A DNA stretch of 64,000 nucleotides from Dimorphilus gyrociliatus (taxonomy: Eukaryota > Animalia > Annelida): contig CAJFCJ010000016.1 in NCBI GenBank assembly GCA_904063045.1, positions 124,001 through 188,000 on the forward strand. Direction: 5' to 3'. Positions 28,301 to 41,250 of the stretch are shown here, piece after piece. Under the pieces are notes generated by a model, which saw nothing but the letters and a program-made list of their open reading frames with translations, made no database searches and was not told the origin of the DNA. Position numbers and translations under genes: made by a program. The stretch's first letter is position 1. Every line of letters starts with the position of its first letter.

Positions 28301-30616
28301 CTCTGATCTAGGTTTGTCAAATAATTTAATTTCAAATCAAATAAATACTTTTATCTTTGTTAGAAATGATTGTGGCTGAAATGGATAGAGTTAGTAATTC
28401 ACCTATGCATTCTACCCATCTCTCCCACGTTCTTAATGAACAAATTGAAAGTCCTAATAGAGTTTTAATGAATTCACAAACTTACGCCTCTATTGCAGTA
28501 GGATTTCCTGAATTAGTAAGTTTTATTGATATACCGATGTACATTGGAATTAATTTATTCAATTCTTAACAGTCCAGTTCGGATATATATACAATTCCTA
28601 GAAAAGTTGATAATACTGCAAACGAATACTTTAAGAAATTAGTTTCTGGCAAAGCTAAAGGAACACCCGTAGCCTATCTTCCAAATACTTCTCAGGTCGT
28701 CAGATTAATGCCAACCTATGGCGTTCCTGAGGAGGCAGGAGTAACCAGAGAATCGGCTAGATATTTATCCGGATATTTAGAAGTTACCGATCCTCTTAAT
28801 AAGAAAATTAGATACCTTCCAATTCCAGGGTTAGTTAGCAATAAATTCTTTAAAGGAGATTTTTGTATAAATGTATCTGCAGAGTTTCGAATTATTCCGT
28901 GTACAATCAATGGTTTGTAAGAGATTCGGACGTTGACATCATAATGAGTCCTACATCAAATGATGGTATTGTTACGGTAGATGGAGGAGGATGCGTCAGA
29001 TTGTGGGAAACTTCAATAGCTCATTTAGATAGCTCTCTGGGAAGCTGGAGACAAATGATAGGCTCAATGGACTTTGAAAACTTACAAATTACAAGAGGAA
29101 AAGACGGTCCTCAACCGCCAATGGATTTTAGCGGACCTAAACACGGTAGAGTAGATCCATCCAATGCTCCTCACGTTGGCGGAAATCAATGGGCTGGCGG
29201 AAGTGGCGGCCGAGACACAGCTGGTATGGGTGGAGGTGGAGGACCTTATAGACTGGATTCGGGCCACGATGTCACACAGATACCAGATTGGCAAAAAATG
29301 AATATTCCCCCAGAAGTTCTCTTAGCCGCTCGGGAAATGGGCTTAAAAGCTTGGAAAGAAAGATTAAAACAAATTGAAATGAGTGAATATGACGGCGAAA
29401 TGTATGATCGTTTCTCGCAAGCTGTGCAAAGGCAAGTTCAGTCGTTGAGGGTTATCTTGGAAAATCTACAAGTAGGCATATTGTAAATCTAGTTGAACGC
29501 CTTTTAATTTTTTTTCTATAATCTCATAACAGGCTAAAGGAAAAGAACGCCAATGGCTAAAACATCAATCGCACGGTGACCTCGACGAAACTAAATTAAT
29601 TGAAGGATTAGCAGGAGAAAAGTCAATTTATAAGAGAAGAGGCGAAAAAGAACCTGAAGTAATTTAAATATTGTTTTCTCTGTGCCTTAATATAATTTTA
29701 CCATATGATTTGTAATTTTTCAGATGGGCACTCCCCAGCAAAAACCAAAACTGTTGAGGCTCGTTGTCGATGTCTCAGGAAGTATGTACAGATTCAACGG
29801 GTACGACGGTAGATTGGAAAGATCTCTTGAAGCTTGTCTTATGGTTATGGAAGCTCTTGAGAATTTTGAACATAAAGTTAAGGTAAGAATGAAACAATAT
29901 AAATTAAAAAAGAGTTAAAATCATCTGTACTGTTGTTTTTTTTTCTATAACAAACATTAGTTTGAAATTGTTGGACACTCGGGAGAAGGACCTAGTTTTG
30001 ATATGCTGAAAAAGGATAAACTACCTAAAAATAATAAAGAAAGATTAAATGTTCTTAAAGTAATTATACTACATATTTTGATTATTTTAAACCAAAATAA
30101 TGGTTGGCTTCTTTTAGACGATGCACGCTCATTCTCAATTTTGTATAAGTGGGGATCATACGATAGAAGCCACTGAAGAAGCAATTAAAAAAGTATCCTT
30201 GTTTACTAATTCAATTAATAAAAATTATTGATTAATTAATCAATCAATTAGATAAAAGAAGAAGAGGCTGATGAGCATTTCGTTATAGTTCTAAGTGACG
30301 CCAATCTAGATAGATACGGAATAAGACCAAAACATTTAACAGAAGTCTTAACAATGGATGAAGAAGTCAATTCATACATTATCTTTATTGGAAGTTTAGG
30401 AAATCAAGCCCAAAGGTTATATTTATTGAAATAATCATTTTATTTTAATCTTTATATTTAAAGATTCTCTTTTCTCTCTTTAAACTAATATTTTATTAAA
30501 ACATGAACAGTTTGGTAAAACAATTGCCATCGGGACGAGGGTTCTTATGTATGGAAACAAAAAATTTACCCCAAATTCTTCAACAAATATTTACATCAAC
30601 TATGCTTGCAACATAA
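22310..30616 (+). CDS. VWA8: von Willebrand factor A domain-containing protein 8 (MoxR-type AAA+ ATPase plus VWA); many short introns
   Basis: GQDIFLIGAPGPLRRS, EYISLSRDTTDSDLKQRREI, VLNNLLENREMQLDDGRFL, VGPR|GCGKS, VGNQGVGKNK, PKHGRVDPSNAPHVGGNQWAGGSGGRDTAG, LRLVVDVSGSMYRFNG (MIDAS), ending LPQILQQIFTSTMLAT*. Confidence 0.97.
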
Positions 30617-31079
30617 ATTTTGTTTTTTGTCCAAAAAAATTCAATCATTTCTTTAATAATAAACGTATATTTTACATATAAAAATTCTGCATTTAATGTA
30701 CGATTTAACAGGTTCAACGTCTTAGATTACGTCATAAAAAATCATATTGTAAAATTGTAGAGTAGAAGCTCGGTGTATTCTGATAACGAAAAACAATTTG
30801 TTATGAGTAGTTTAATTTAAATCTACATAATTAATCCTACGAAATGGAAATTTGTTAAAATATTCCAGATATTTGCGTCTTTCTTTATTCTATTCGAGAA
30901 AAGAGGAAATTGATTGAAAAAACAAAAAAAGAAATAGGGAAGATGTTCGAGTTTTTCAATTTGTACCAGATTAATAAACAGTATTATATACTCTATTTTT
31001 TCCCTCCCTCTGAAATATTTGATTTATAATTAAGAATAGATGAATAGTATTCAATGTAGAGTACGATTTCCCTGACTGC

Positions 31080-31087
31080 TATAAAAG
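31080..31087 (+). promoter_or_regulatory. TATA box upstream of MMP B
   Basis: TATAAAAG about 60 nt upstream of the ATG at 31147. Confidence 0.5.
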
Positions 31088-31146
31088 CGCAACCAAACCA
31101 CAAAGTCTTGTCTTTAGGGAGCAATAGTTGACGCAAAGAAAGAAAT

Positions 31147-33028
31147 ATGAATCCCTACATCATGTTAAGCCTAGTTCTTTTAGTGTTTTTAATAGCTCTT
31201 CCACAAAGTCTCTCTGATTCGACTGACCTAATTCGGAGAGTAGAGGTTTGATCTTGTCTCTATATTTTAATAAAAAATGTTACATATATTGTTAATTAAT
31301 TGTTAAAGAAATTTTTGGAAGAATATGAAGATTACAAAGTTGAAGAGGGTAAATTTGATAACAAGAAGAAGCCAGAAGACATCTGTCGATCAGAACGGTT
31401 TCAAAAAGCTTTAAAAAAAATGCAAAAGTTTGCTGGTCTCAAGCCAACTGGAAATATAGATCAGGCCACGTTGGGAAAGATTTCTTCACCTAGATGCGGT
31501 GTTAAGGATGAAGAAAACCCAAAAAGAGATAAAAGAAGTTCACAAGGATGTAAGTGACTAAAATCATTTGAACAGTTTATTAATATCGTATTTAACCTAC
31601 TCAATTCAAATGATTGCTTAGTGTATAGGTGGCCTACTACTCATCTAAGAAACTGTGTAAGATATGAAAATCCTACAGAAATGAGTAACGAGGTCATTAA
31701 AGAAATAGTAGCACAAGCTTCCCAGGAGTATGCGGATGTAACATCATTAAACTTCGAAACAAATAATTCTCCTGAAGATCCTATTTTGGAATATTTCGAA
31801 TGCGATATTGTACTCTATTTTCACGGACCAGGAATAAACGACTGCTCTTATCCTTTTGACGGACCAAAAGGTGTATATTATAAATTATTAAATAATTCTA
31901 TTATTTAACATGCCATATTATGAATTAGGAACGTTGGCTCATGCTTTCCTGCCTACAAGTGGGCAAGTTCATTTTGATCAAGATGAAACATTCTCATTAG
32001 ATATTAACAATTTAACTGCGTATGATTTCAAGTCAATAGCACTTCATGAAATTGGTCACGCATTAGGTTTAGAGCATTCGGAAAACAGTAGCAGTGTCAT
32101 GTTTCCATATTATCAGACTAATATGAGAAAATTATCACAAGCTGATATAATTGCCATACAGAATTTATATAGTACTTCTCCAATTAATCAACCGCAAACT
32201 GGTGGAATGGAGCCAGGGTCTTCAATCGACAGGGAAGATTTGTGCAAAAAACCTACTTTTGATACAATCTTTCAAATAAATAATCAATCTTATTATATAT
32301 TTAAGAATAAGTTCTTTTGGAGTTTCGATATTGAAAGATCACATCGTCTGTCTGAACCAATGCTGATTAAAGATCATTGGCCTGGTTTGGAACCTAATAT
32401 TGATGCTGGATTTTTATGGCCATCAACCGGATATACGTATATTTTTAAAGATGATAAATATTGGAAATTTAAAAATCATGAATCCTCTGAAGGTTATCCT
32501 AGAAAAATAGGAGAGAACGGATTTTATAATATACCAAAAAAACTTGATTCCGTTTTTGTTCATCCAGAAAACGGAATGGTCTATTTTACGAAAAATTCTA
32601 ATTATTGGAGGAGCGATGTTATACGAGAGAACGGTTCCAATGAATATCCCAAACCGCTTAAAAATGTACTGGGAATAGATAAACTAAGAAGTGCCATTGA
32701 AATTAATGGGACAATGTACAACTTTCATAAAGACAGCTCACTATTTTACAGTTGGAACGTTGATATCTCAAATGCCACCAAAATAGGTTGGATGACGTAT
32801 ACTAAAAAATTTTTGGGTTGTCCCATTTCGATAGATGAGCAATTAAAAACAAATAAATACTATACGTATACTTCTACAGAAGAAACCTTTGAGAAAAGAA
32901 GACAAAAAATGATCCAGCGGAATATTCAGTTTGAATTTTCATTAGACAGTAGCTCTGAAAGTATTAGCTATGGGAAAGCTTCAATACTGATACATCTCTC
33001 AGCTTTTTTAACTTTCCTTGTCATATAA
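31147..33028 (+). CDS. Matrix metalloproteinase B (4 exons): signal peptide, propeptide, M10A catalytic domain, diverged hemopexin, GPI-like tail
   Basis: Exon 1 MNPYIMLSLVLLVFLIALP... (signal peptide). PRCGVKD, furin site RDKR, PFDGPKG|TLAHAFLP, HFDQDE, HEIGHALGLEH, SVMFPYY. Introns ~31248-31310, 31552-31621 and 31871-31929 join the track ORFs in frame. Confidence 0.93.
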
Positions 33029-33190
33029 ATTCAGAATTTCAAAATAGTTCATTTATTACATTTCCCAAAAATGGAGATAGATGAATAAAATTTTTCGAAA
33101 TTCTATTGATATTTTATAGATGTTTGTATTTGGAATAATTATATTCCATAACGCACTCAAAACTCTAATCTAACGGAGAAATATAGTCTT

Positions 33191-36100
33191 TTATTCGACC
33201 ATCTTACATAAATAGTTCATTTGATACATTTCGATCGATCCATTGTCCATTTTAACGACACCTTCACCGCTGTCGCTACTTAAGAGCTGTCCAGTTTGAT
33301 CTCTTTCGTCACCCATAATTACCTATGAAAATATTAAAATTATAAGAGACTAGAAAGAATTTCAATTGAATCATTTCTTTTACCTTGACTCTGTTGTTTC
33401 TAGTCGGTTGAACTGGTTCCAAGGTGTGAGGTGGAACGGATACAATTTTATTATTCAAAGCTGGTACTTGAACAGTCGCAAGATTTCCAGTAGCTCCTTT
33501 TACTATACATTCCTGGTTTCTTAGTTGGGCATCATCGTGATCCATTCCAACTCGGACAACCAAATCGGAGCATAGCCAATCGGCATTTGAAGAGTCAAAC
33601 GCTGACGGAGTTGGAGCAGCATACGGAGTAGGAGGTGTTGGTGCGGCAGGAGTGTATGGATTGAAAGACACTGCTGGACTGTGAGTAATTTCGTCGTCCA
33701 GAGGTTTTGGTGTTGCACTAGCCGAAGGGTCCCAGGCTCCTCCAGGAGTTCGAGAACCATCGTGACTCGGAGTTGCTCCTCCATAATGAGGCGTTCTTGA
33801 TCCATCGTAGAGAGGTGTTTGTGAACCATACATGGGAGTTCTGCCTCCACTGTATGATGGAGTTACTCCTCCCATCTGTCCTTGGGGAGTTTTGGTGGGG
33901 AAAGTTCCCGTCACAGCTCTTGCGCTCTTGGAATCGTTTACAGTTACTAAACGATTAATATCGACATTAACTGTATTACATCCAGTATGCAATTCAACCC
34001 TAGCAGTGTCATCAGTCGCATCCTTCACAATTCCTATGTAGCCCTTATAACCTCCTTGAGTAATTCGCACAGTTTGACCTATAAGTTTCCTATTTCTCAT
34101 TGACCCATCAGTCATTCGTCCTCGACCAGCACCCTGACTTGGATGTTTCGGACTCATTATTCTTGGTGACATGCTACCAGATAGAATGTTCGAAGGACTG
34201 CTACTAGTCTTTCCGGCAACAGATATATGGCGAGCACGGCAAACGAACATTCCAGAATTTTCAGCAACTAAACGAGAATGGAGAAATACAAATGCACGAA
34301 ATATATGCTTAACTTGTCCTTGATGTCCTGAATGAGGGCCATCTTGGACCTTGACCATATCTCCAACAGTTACTTCTTTATTGTCAGCATCTAACGCTCG
34401 AGCATTTTTGTTAGATTTTTTAGGCTGAACGGCTGTCTCTTTTAGTTTCTTTACATGACCATGCATGGTTAGAATATGTAGATATTCTCTTTCCAATCGA
34501 ACAATTACGCCAACTTGCTGTTGCTCAATCAAAACCATTTGACCATGTTCAAATTTACCAGCAGAATCTACTCCTGTTGCTCTATCCGTACATAATTGAA
34601 CATCTCTTGGTAAAACAAGCAATTCATGCATTGATAAATCGGATATTATTCTCAATTCCTTGTCTTCAACAGCTACAACTAGACCGGTGTCGCCAACAAA
34701 ATTTCCTTTTAAAACTTTCACGTGATCACCAATATGAAAATATTTTCTAAGTTCATGAGCAGGGAAAGACATACGATCCTTCAATTCTTTATGTTTTGGG
34801 AGCATTTCAACAACTCCACCTTCAACTTTGACAACTTTACCCTGCAAATTCTGCAATTCTCCAGTAACTACTTCAACATTGTCACCTGGTGCGAAAGGCT
34901 GTTCTTCGGTCCACTTTAGTTTTTGCAAATCTAGCGAGTCTTTTTCTGCTGACTCTTCAAACTTTTCCAATTCGTTCATAGTCGGCTTAACACCCTCGGT
35001 TATTAAGAGACCAACACTCAAATTTTTGTACAAGAAACCCTTTCGACTGTAGCGATTTCCTTCAAAGATTAAGTAATCCCCATCAGTATTCCAATCACCC
35101 CCTATACTTTTTATAAGATCAGGATCAAATAGCTTTTGTGGAATTCTCCCCTTTTTTTTTGGCTCCTCATTTGTTTTCAAGGCTCCTCGTTTTCTTGTAT
35201 AATCAATTCTTGGTATAAGTTTAGCACAAATTTGATTTTGAGATGGTTCACAATAAAAGACCTGAGCCAAGTCTCCCTTAAATCTTCCAGACTTGAGTCT
35301 TACCCAGCTGCCTTCCCTTAAATTTCCAACTGCTTGAACAACTTTAAGTACGTCAGGCATTTGCTTAATAGGAACCATTTGCTGTTGATAAAATCCAATT
35401 TTAAGATTCCCAATGCCATCGATTGCCTGCTTAACGTGAGTTTGTTTAAAAGCTTCAATATAAATATACCCTTTAAGATGCTCAAGACAAACGACAGATT
35501 TAATCAGCAAGGGTTGGCCTTCATTTTCATACGTAAGATATTTTCGCATTAAATGAAGAGCAGTATTTTTTTCTTCGCCCATTCGACATTTGACTACCCA
35601 CAAGTTAGGGTCTTTAACGCCAGGTAAAATGGAATGTTGGCTAATGTCATCAGACATTTGCTCTCCTTGGCCGTAACTATGCGATGGACCAGAATAGGCG
35701 TATTTTTGTTTGTAATATTCGTTAATTTCTTCTTCATCTTCAGGTTTTAGTGTATCGTCTGGAGTAATAAAACGATCGATGTCTCGAGCACTAGGTCCTC
35801 TTTCCTCTTGAAGAATTCTTATGGCTTCCTTAGGATCATAACCAGCCTCAGGTCTATCATCTTCTTCCTCGTCTTCGTCGCTTTCATCAACCTCTGTTGT
35901 AAAATATTTAAACAATGCCAAAACTTTCAAAATTGTTTAATACACACAAACCTGCTTCATCAATAATGAAATTGGAAACCTTAGATCTCTTTCTTGGCCT
36001 TTCGTCGTATTCCTCCTCCTCCTCTTCCTCCTCTTCGCTAAAAGATTTATCATTCTCCGAGTCAGACCCACTCATTTCCTATAAAAAGTAAAAAGTATGA

Positions 36101-36282
36101 GAATGGCTATATAATAATGATGTTTATTGATATATTTCTATGATTTATTAAGCGATTAATCAATATATTTAATTGGAACTTGCATCATATCTCTTGCTAT
36201 TGTAGAAATAAAAGTTAACCATGTGAAATGATAGAGAAAGAAACAGGATATTTACCTCATCGCTTCTGTCACTATCCGACAT
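33191..36282 (-). CDS. SUPT5H: Transcription elongation factor Spt5 (NGN, KOW domains, CTR); 4 exons
   Basis: MSDSDRSDE start, acidic N-terminus, [15 protein letters not shown] (NGN), KOW motifs, [26 protein letters not shown]. Last exon [26 protein letters not shown]; stop 33191-33193. Confidence 0.98.
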
Positions 36283-36463
36283 TTTCTGGGGGGAAAAGGA
36301 CTACTGATGCAGAAATGAATAAAAACACTACCAATTACACTTACAATTGTCTAAATTAGTCAAAATATGAAACCTCTTGTTCACAAGGAAATCTCTCCGG
36401 ATAAACCACAGTAGAACTGAGTATTCCTTAGATGCAGCAGTTACTTCAGTGTATAACCTCTAC

Positions 36464-36475
36464 TGCGCATGCGCT
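36464..36475. promoter_or_regulatory. NRF1/EWG-type palindromic site in the SUPT5H / helicase divergent promoter
   Basis: TGCGCATGCGCT (11/12 match to TGCGCATGCGCA) in a 463-bp gap between divergent ATGs; GC-rich motif in AT-rich background. Confidence 0.55.
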
Positions 36476-36745
36476 CCACAGACGAAGTATTCAATAGAAA
36501 TACACCAGTTTTCTTTTATCAGAATTTTGGCGCGAAACTGTTCCCAGTCGCCTTGATGTGATAATTTTTGTTGTTAAATATTTTGTGCACTGTAGCTGTT
36601 CAAGTTAAATTGACTAAAAATTAGCAACAAACATTATAGGAAGAACTCTTGAAAAGCGACTGGAACAAATTTTAACCTTTAACTTTTAAATAACATTTGT
36701 GACCAGTACTCAACAATCTACCACAGAAAATCTTTTTACAAATAA

Positions 36746-38915
36746 TATTACTATCATGCCTCGTCATTGGGATTCGATTTATAAAGGATGGAATGAACAA
36801 CCTTTTCAAAGGTTAATGTTATCCACAAACAGACTTAGGAATGAAATTACCCAGTATTGTTGTAAAAATATTCCAGCAGTGGAAATGGAGGCGGTTGAAC
36901 ATGTAATAAGGGATTATAATGAAAATAAAAACTATCTTAATAGTGTACCAATAAGTATAAAATGTTCAATTGATAGGTCGTGTACACGATTTGAGGGTGA
37001 AAGTGATTTCTATGTTCGTATAAAGGAAAATTTGCAGAAGAATGATTATCACTCCTTAGTTATTCCCATAAAAAATAAGAAAACGTCTCCAATGAAATGT
37101 ATGTGCGTCATTAAGCTAACGTCTGTTGAATGCAGAGAGGATGAACAGTATGCAGTTTTCCGCTACAAACTAGGGTTTCAAACTTTATCGTGGAGCGTTG
37201 AAGAACTTTGGAGTATATCTAATGAATTTTCAGCAACACTCTTTTGTCATACCGATACAACTAGTAAGAGAAGGATTAATGCCATTAAATCTTTAAAACT
37301 TTCTGATGAATCAGTAAACAAAATTATTCTTCGTCTGCAAAGTATGGCTCATGATAGGGCTACATCGAAATCTATCAGTAGAAGTCACGGTAATCTTTGT
37401 AAGCCAAATGATAAGCAACAAGAAGCAATTGCTCATGCTTTGGATGAAAGTCAAAAATTTTCTGTAATTCAAGGACCACCTGGCACTGGAAAAACAGAAA
37501 CGGCCGCTCACATAATTTATCATTTATACCAAATGAATAGGAAAAGTATCAACCAACAGAAACCAAAGATTCTTTATTGCGCTCCATCTAATAAAGCAAC
37601 AGACAAGATCATTGACTACCTCCAAAGACTACCCCATAGCATTCGTCCGAAGATTATCCGAGTATTGAGTTCATTTTTGGAAAAAGTAACCTATCCGATT
37701 CCGCAGGAAGGCGATCCATTTTTCATCAGAAAACCTTTCATAAGCGATGAAACTTTGGATAAAGTTACAAGATTGTCTAATTATTCTCATATTCTCTTGC
37801 ACGAGATGATTAGGGAAGTTTCAAGCGACATACAAATGTATGACCAAATGATTGAGGACGGAGACTTCATAACAAATAAGGAAATTAGATATTTCCGATA
37901 TTTGATCAGAAAAGAAAAGAATAAAGTATTAAAGACAGCTGACGTAATATTATGCACATGTACTGCATCTGGAATGGCAATTTTACAGAATTTAAATATT
38001 AAACAAGTCATTATCGATGAATGTGGAATGTGTACTGATTCCGATTGCCTTATCCCTTTGACGAATTTGAAACCGAAAAAAATTATATGTATTGGCGATC
38101 ATCAACAATTGCAACCAGTAGTGTTTTCAAAAGATTGTGTTAGAGAAACACTTCACAATACCGCATTTGAGTATTATTCAAAACAAAATGGAGTTACTGT
38201 CTTGAATCGCCAGTATAGAATGCACTATGACATTTGTGATTTTCCGTCGAAAACTTTTTATGACTCTAAATTGATTTGCGGAACTCTAGAACAGTATTTA
38301 CCATCAAAATTGCTTTCGTTTTGGGATAATAATTCAAGGCCAAAGGTATTCTTAGACATCGTTGGAATAGAGAAAAGGAATTTGCGTAATGGATCTTTTT
38401 ACAATAAAATAGAAGCTAATCTCGTTGTTCAACTGCTGAATTTATTAATTTATAGAGAAAGAGTAAAAGGTCGAGATATCATGGTTTTAACTTATTACAG
38501 AGCTCAAGTTGTGGAAATTCAAAATGCTATAAGGCAATCCCGTATTGTTCATAATTTTAACCCAAAGAATGTGCAGACCATCATTACGTCTCAGGGTAGC
38601 GAATGGAAGTACGTGATTATTTCATGCGTTAGATCTGTCGAAGGCAATGAATATCCAGACGAACCAAGTGAAGAGTGGAGAAGAAGACACATTGGATTTC
38701 TTGACGATTATCATCAGCAGAACGTTTGCATAACTCGAGCCAAAGATGGTTTAATAATAATAGGTAACATTAAAATTTACTAAATTAACTAATTAGCATA
38801 TAACACATGTATTTTAGGCGATGCTAGTACATTAAACTGCTGTGATACTTGGAGAAAACTAATTTCTGATTATACGGAAACATTTTGTTTTGAGGATGCA
38901 GCTAATTTTAATTGA
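36746..38915 (+). CDS. Stand-alone UPF1-like superfamily 1B helicase (HELZ2/ZNFX1/MOV10-like); 2 exons
   Basis: Q motif PNDKQQEAI, Walker A GPPGTGKT, Ia CAPSNKATD, Walker B IIDECGM, III GDHQQLQP, LNRQYRMH, SQGSEW, VI NVCITRAK. Intron 38764-38817 adds GDASTLNCCDTWRKLISDY...*. Confidence 0.9.
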
Positions 38916-38968
38916 AAATAATTTGATAAAATCACTCAAATCGAAAACTTAGAATGTTGTAACAATGC

Positions 38969-40138
38969 TTATCCTAGAATACATTTTTTAACAAAGCTTC
39001 TAATGCTGCATAGTTCAGGTTGATGGATATCATAAAAGTAATTGAAATGATCCTTTCCAGGAATAATATGATTTATTACTGTCTTCATACCGTAATTGAT
39101 CAATTTCTCGCCGTATTCTTTACTTTGACGAATTAATTCTCTGGGATCGTATTCGCCTACCAAAATGTAAACTGGAACAGATAAATTCACTTTAATCTCG
39201 TCAACTTTGTTTATTGGACTAAACTCTTCTGCATCTTTCTCGCTCATATTCAAAGGGGCGTTGATTGAAGTCTTAATGATATTTTTCAGCTCAAATATGC
39301 CACTGAGTAAAATAAATCCGGATAGTTTTGAGCCAAATTCAGCTGACATCATTAATGCTGCTAAATGTCCTCCAGCACTATGGCCACATAAGTATATACC
39401 TTTAAATTTGTTCTCATCGCTAACGTTTAGTAGAAGTTCAGTTGCTTGTTTAATATCATTGATGATTTGGGACATATTCGACTTGGGAGCAATCTCATAG
39501 CCAATAATTGCAACTTTTATTGGAAGACCACTATTAGGAAAAAAAATATTAATATCTTATTTAGGCATTTTATTTTTTTAGAAGTTTTTATTGTAATTTG
39601 AGAACGTATAATCTCATTCTGGGATCCTCTATTGTCATTTTGTGGAAATTTTATCTGTTTTATTCAGTAAATATGTATACATCTTTTATTTTGTTTTACC
39701 TATTAATTTTAATATTTTCTCTGCTATAAAGAAACTATATATGGTAAATACGATTGCTCTCCTATATATATTATTTTTAATGATGTACACTGTAAAAAAC
39801 GTTTGAAATAAATTTGAACTGAACCTAAGAAAATTGATAAAGAATTGTTATACTCTACAATTAAGGCGGCTCCTATTGAGGATTGAACGTCCAATGCTTG
39901 CCAATAACCTCCATGAATAAAACAGAAAAGTGGAGCTTCCTCTGGGCAATTCTCTCCTTGAAAAATTAAAATCTTTTGTTCTGGAAGTTTGCCATAAGCA
40001 AATTCTTTTTTTAAACTGCTTTTTACTATTTTGCCAAAATTGTCAAAATTCTTTATATAATTATTGACAGCTTCCTCAGTCTTTTGATCTCTGCACCATT
40101 TGGATGGAGATAATTCATATTCCCAGTCGATATCTGCC
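38969..40138 (-). CDS. AFMID: Kynurenine formamidase (alpha/beta hydrolase); 2 exons
   Basis: YELSPSKW, FIHGGYWQ, GYEIAPK, nucleophile elbow GHSAGGH, SGIFEL, VGEYD, DHF. Intron 39853-39531. Confidence 0.92.
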
Positions 40139-40672
40139 ATTTTTGATCGCTAAAAAAAGAGGATGGACAAATATTTTTTATGGTACTAAACTTTAAACTG
40201 TAAGTGAACAATGGATACTAAAATTTCTAGCCTAGTGTTTAAAATTTTTTTTATACTATTTTTACATTCATTATTAACAAATACCACTCAGTTCAATATG
40301 ATATAGGCAACTGCGACATTCAAAGTTCACCGTTTGTTTTGCTAAAAAGTTTTCGCGAATTTTAAAACTAAACCTATCTAACAGGTTGTTGGCAAATTCT
40401 TGATCCAGGACTCTTAAAACTCCAGAATATGTTCTTTATATTATTATTATATTTATTTCATTTAACTTAATCTTATCAGATAGAGAAATGTAGATTATCT
40501 TAGTAATATGTATTGGATGACAAGCAATTGATTTTAGTCGTCGTATGTGAAATATGGATAAAAATGGTTTTTCTACAATAAAATTCAATTTAGGAATGAT
40601 ATCTCAGAAAGAGTAGCTATTCTCTATTTAGTTAAAAAAAATAAAGGCTAAAACCACAAAACCCTATTGATA

Positions 40673-41058
40673 CAGTAAATTATCTTTTCATTTTTAAGTC
40701 TTTGATCATTCATTAAAATGGTAGTGATTGATGTTGAAACTAGGCGTTTAGTGATTCAAAAACACCAAGAAGGATTATCATTAAACAAAATAGCGGAAAT
40801 GTTGATAATTTCTAGGTGTATTGTCCAAAGAATTTGGAAAAAGTTTAAGAAGTTCTCGACTGTTAGAAAACATTTCAAAGAACACAATAATACCAAAATT
40901 AAACAAGCCAGATGAGAGGAAGTTATGTTTAATTTCCCAGGAGCTCAAAAAGAGTCCTGGCAGAATCAGTTATATCACTTTCGACCTGTAAGGCCTTATT
41001 AAGGAAACACGGCTTGAGAAGCCATGTGATGCAAAAGAAAGTACCTCTATATACTGTA
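40673..41058 (+). mobile_element. Degenerate Tc1/mariner transposase remnant (N-terminal paired/HTH DNA-binding region only)
   Basis: IDVETRRLVIQKHQEGLSLNKIAEMLIISRCIVQRIWKKFKKFSTV, then in shifted frames PKLNKPDERKL and STCKALLRKHGLRSHVMQKK. Typical Tc1 N-terminus with frameshifts and no DDE domain. Confidence 0.8.
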
Positions 41059-41250
41059 TATAATTTCAAACGCCTTTCTTATGGGTTATATAGATGGCGT
41101 TAGTTTGTATATCCCTTTCTAGGCTAGTATTGTTAGTGTAAATACCAAAATTTTCTTGTTATTGAAGCGATTGCGCGTTAAACTCATAATCAAACAAATT
41201 TAGCAAACCTACAAAGAAAGGCAATATTGTAGCAAATCGACATTTGGTAT

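Noticed and set aside
40671-41058. Intact terminal inverted repeats for the Tc1 relic
   Set aside because: Only CAGTA matches between the ends, which could be chance, so the element boundaries are approximate.
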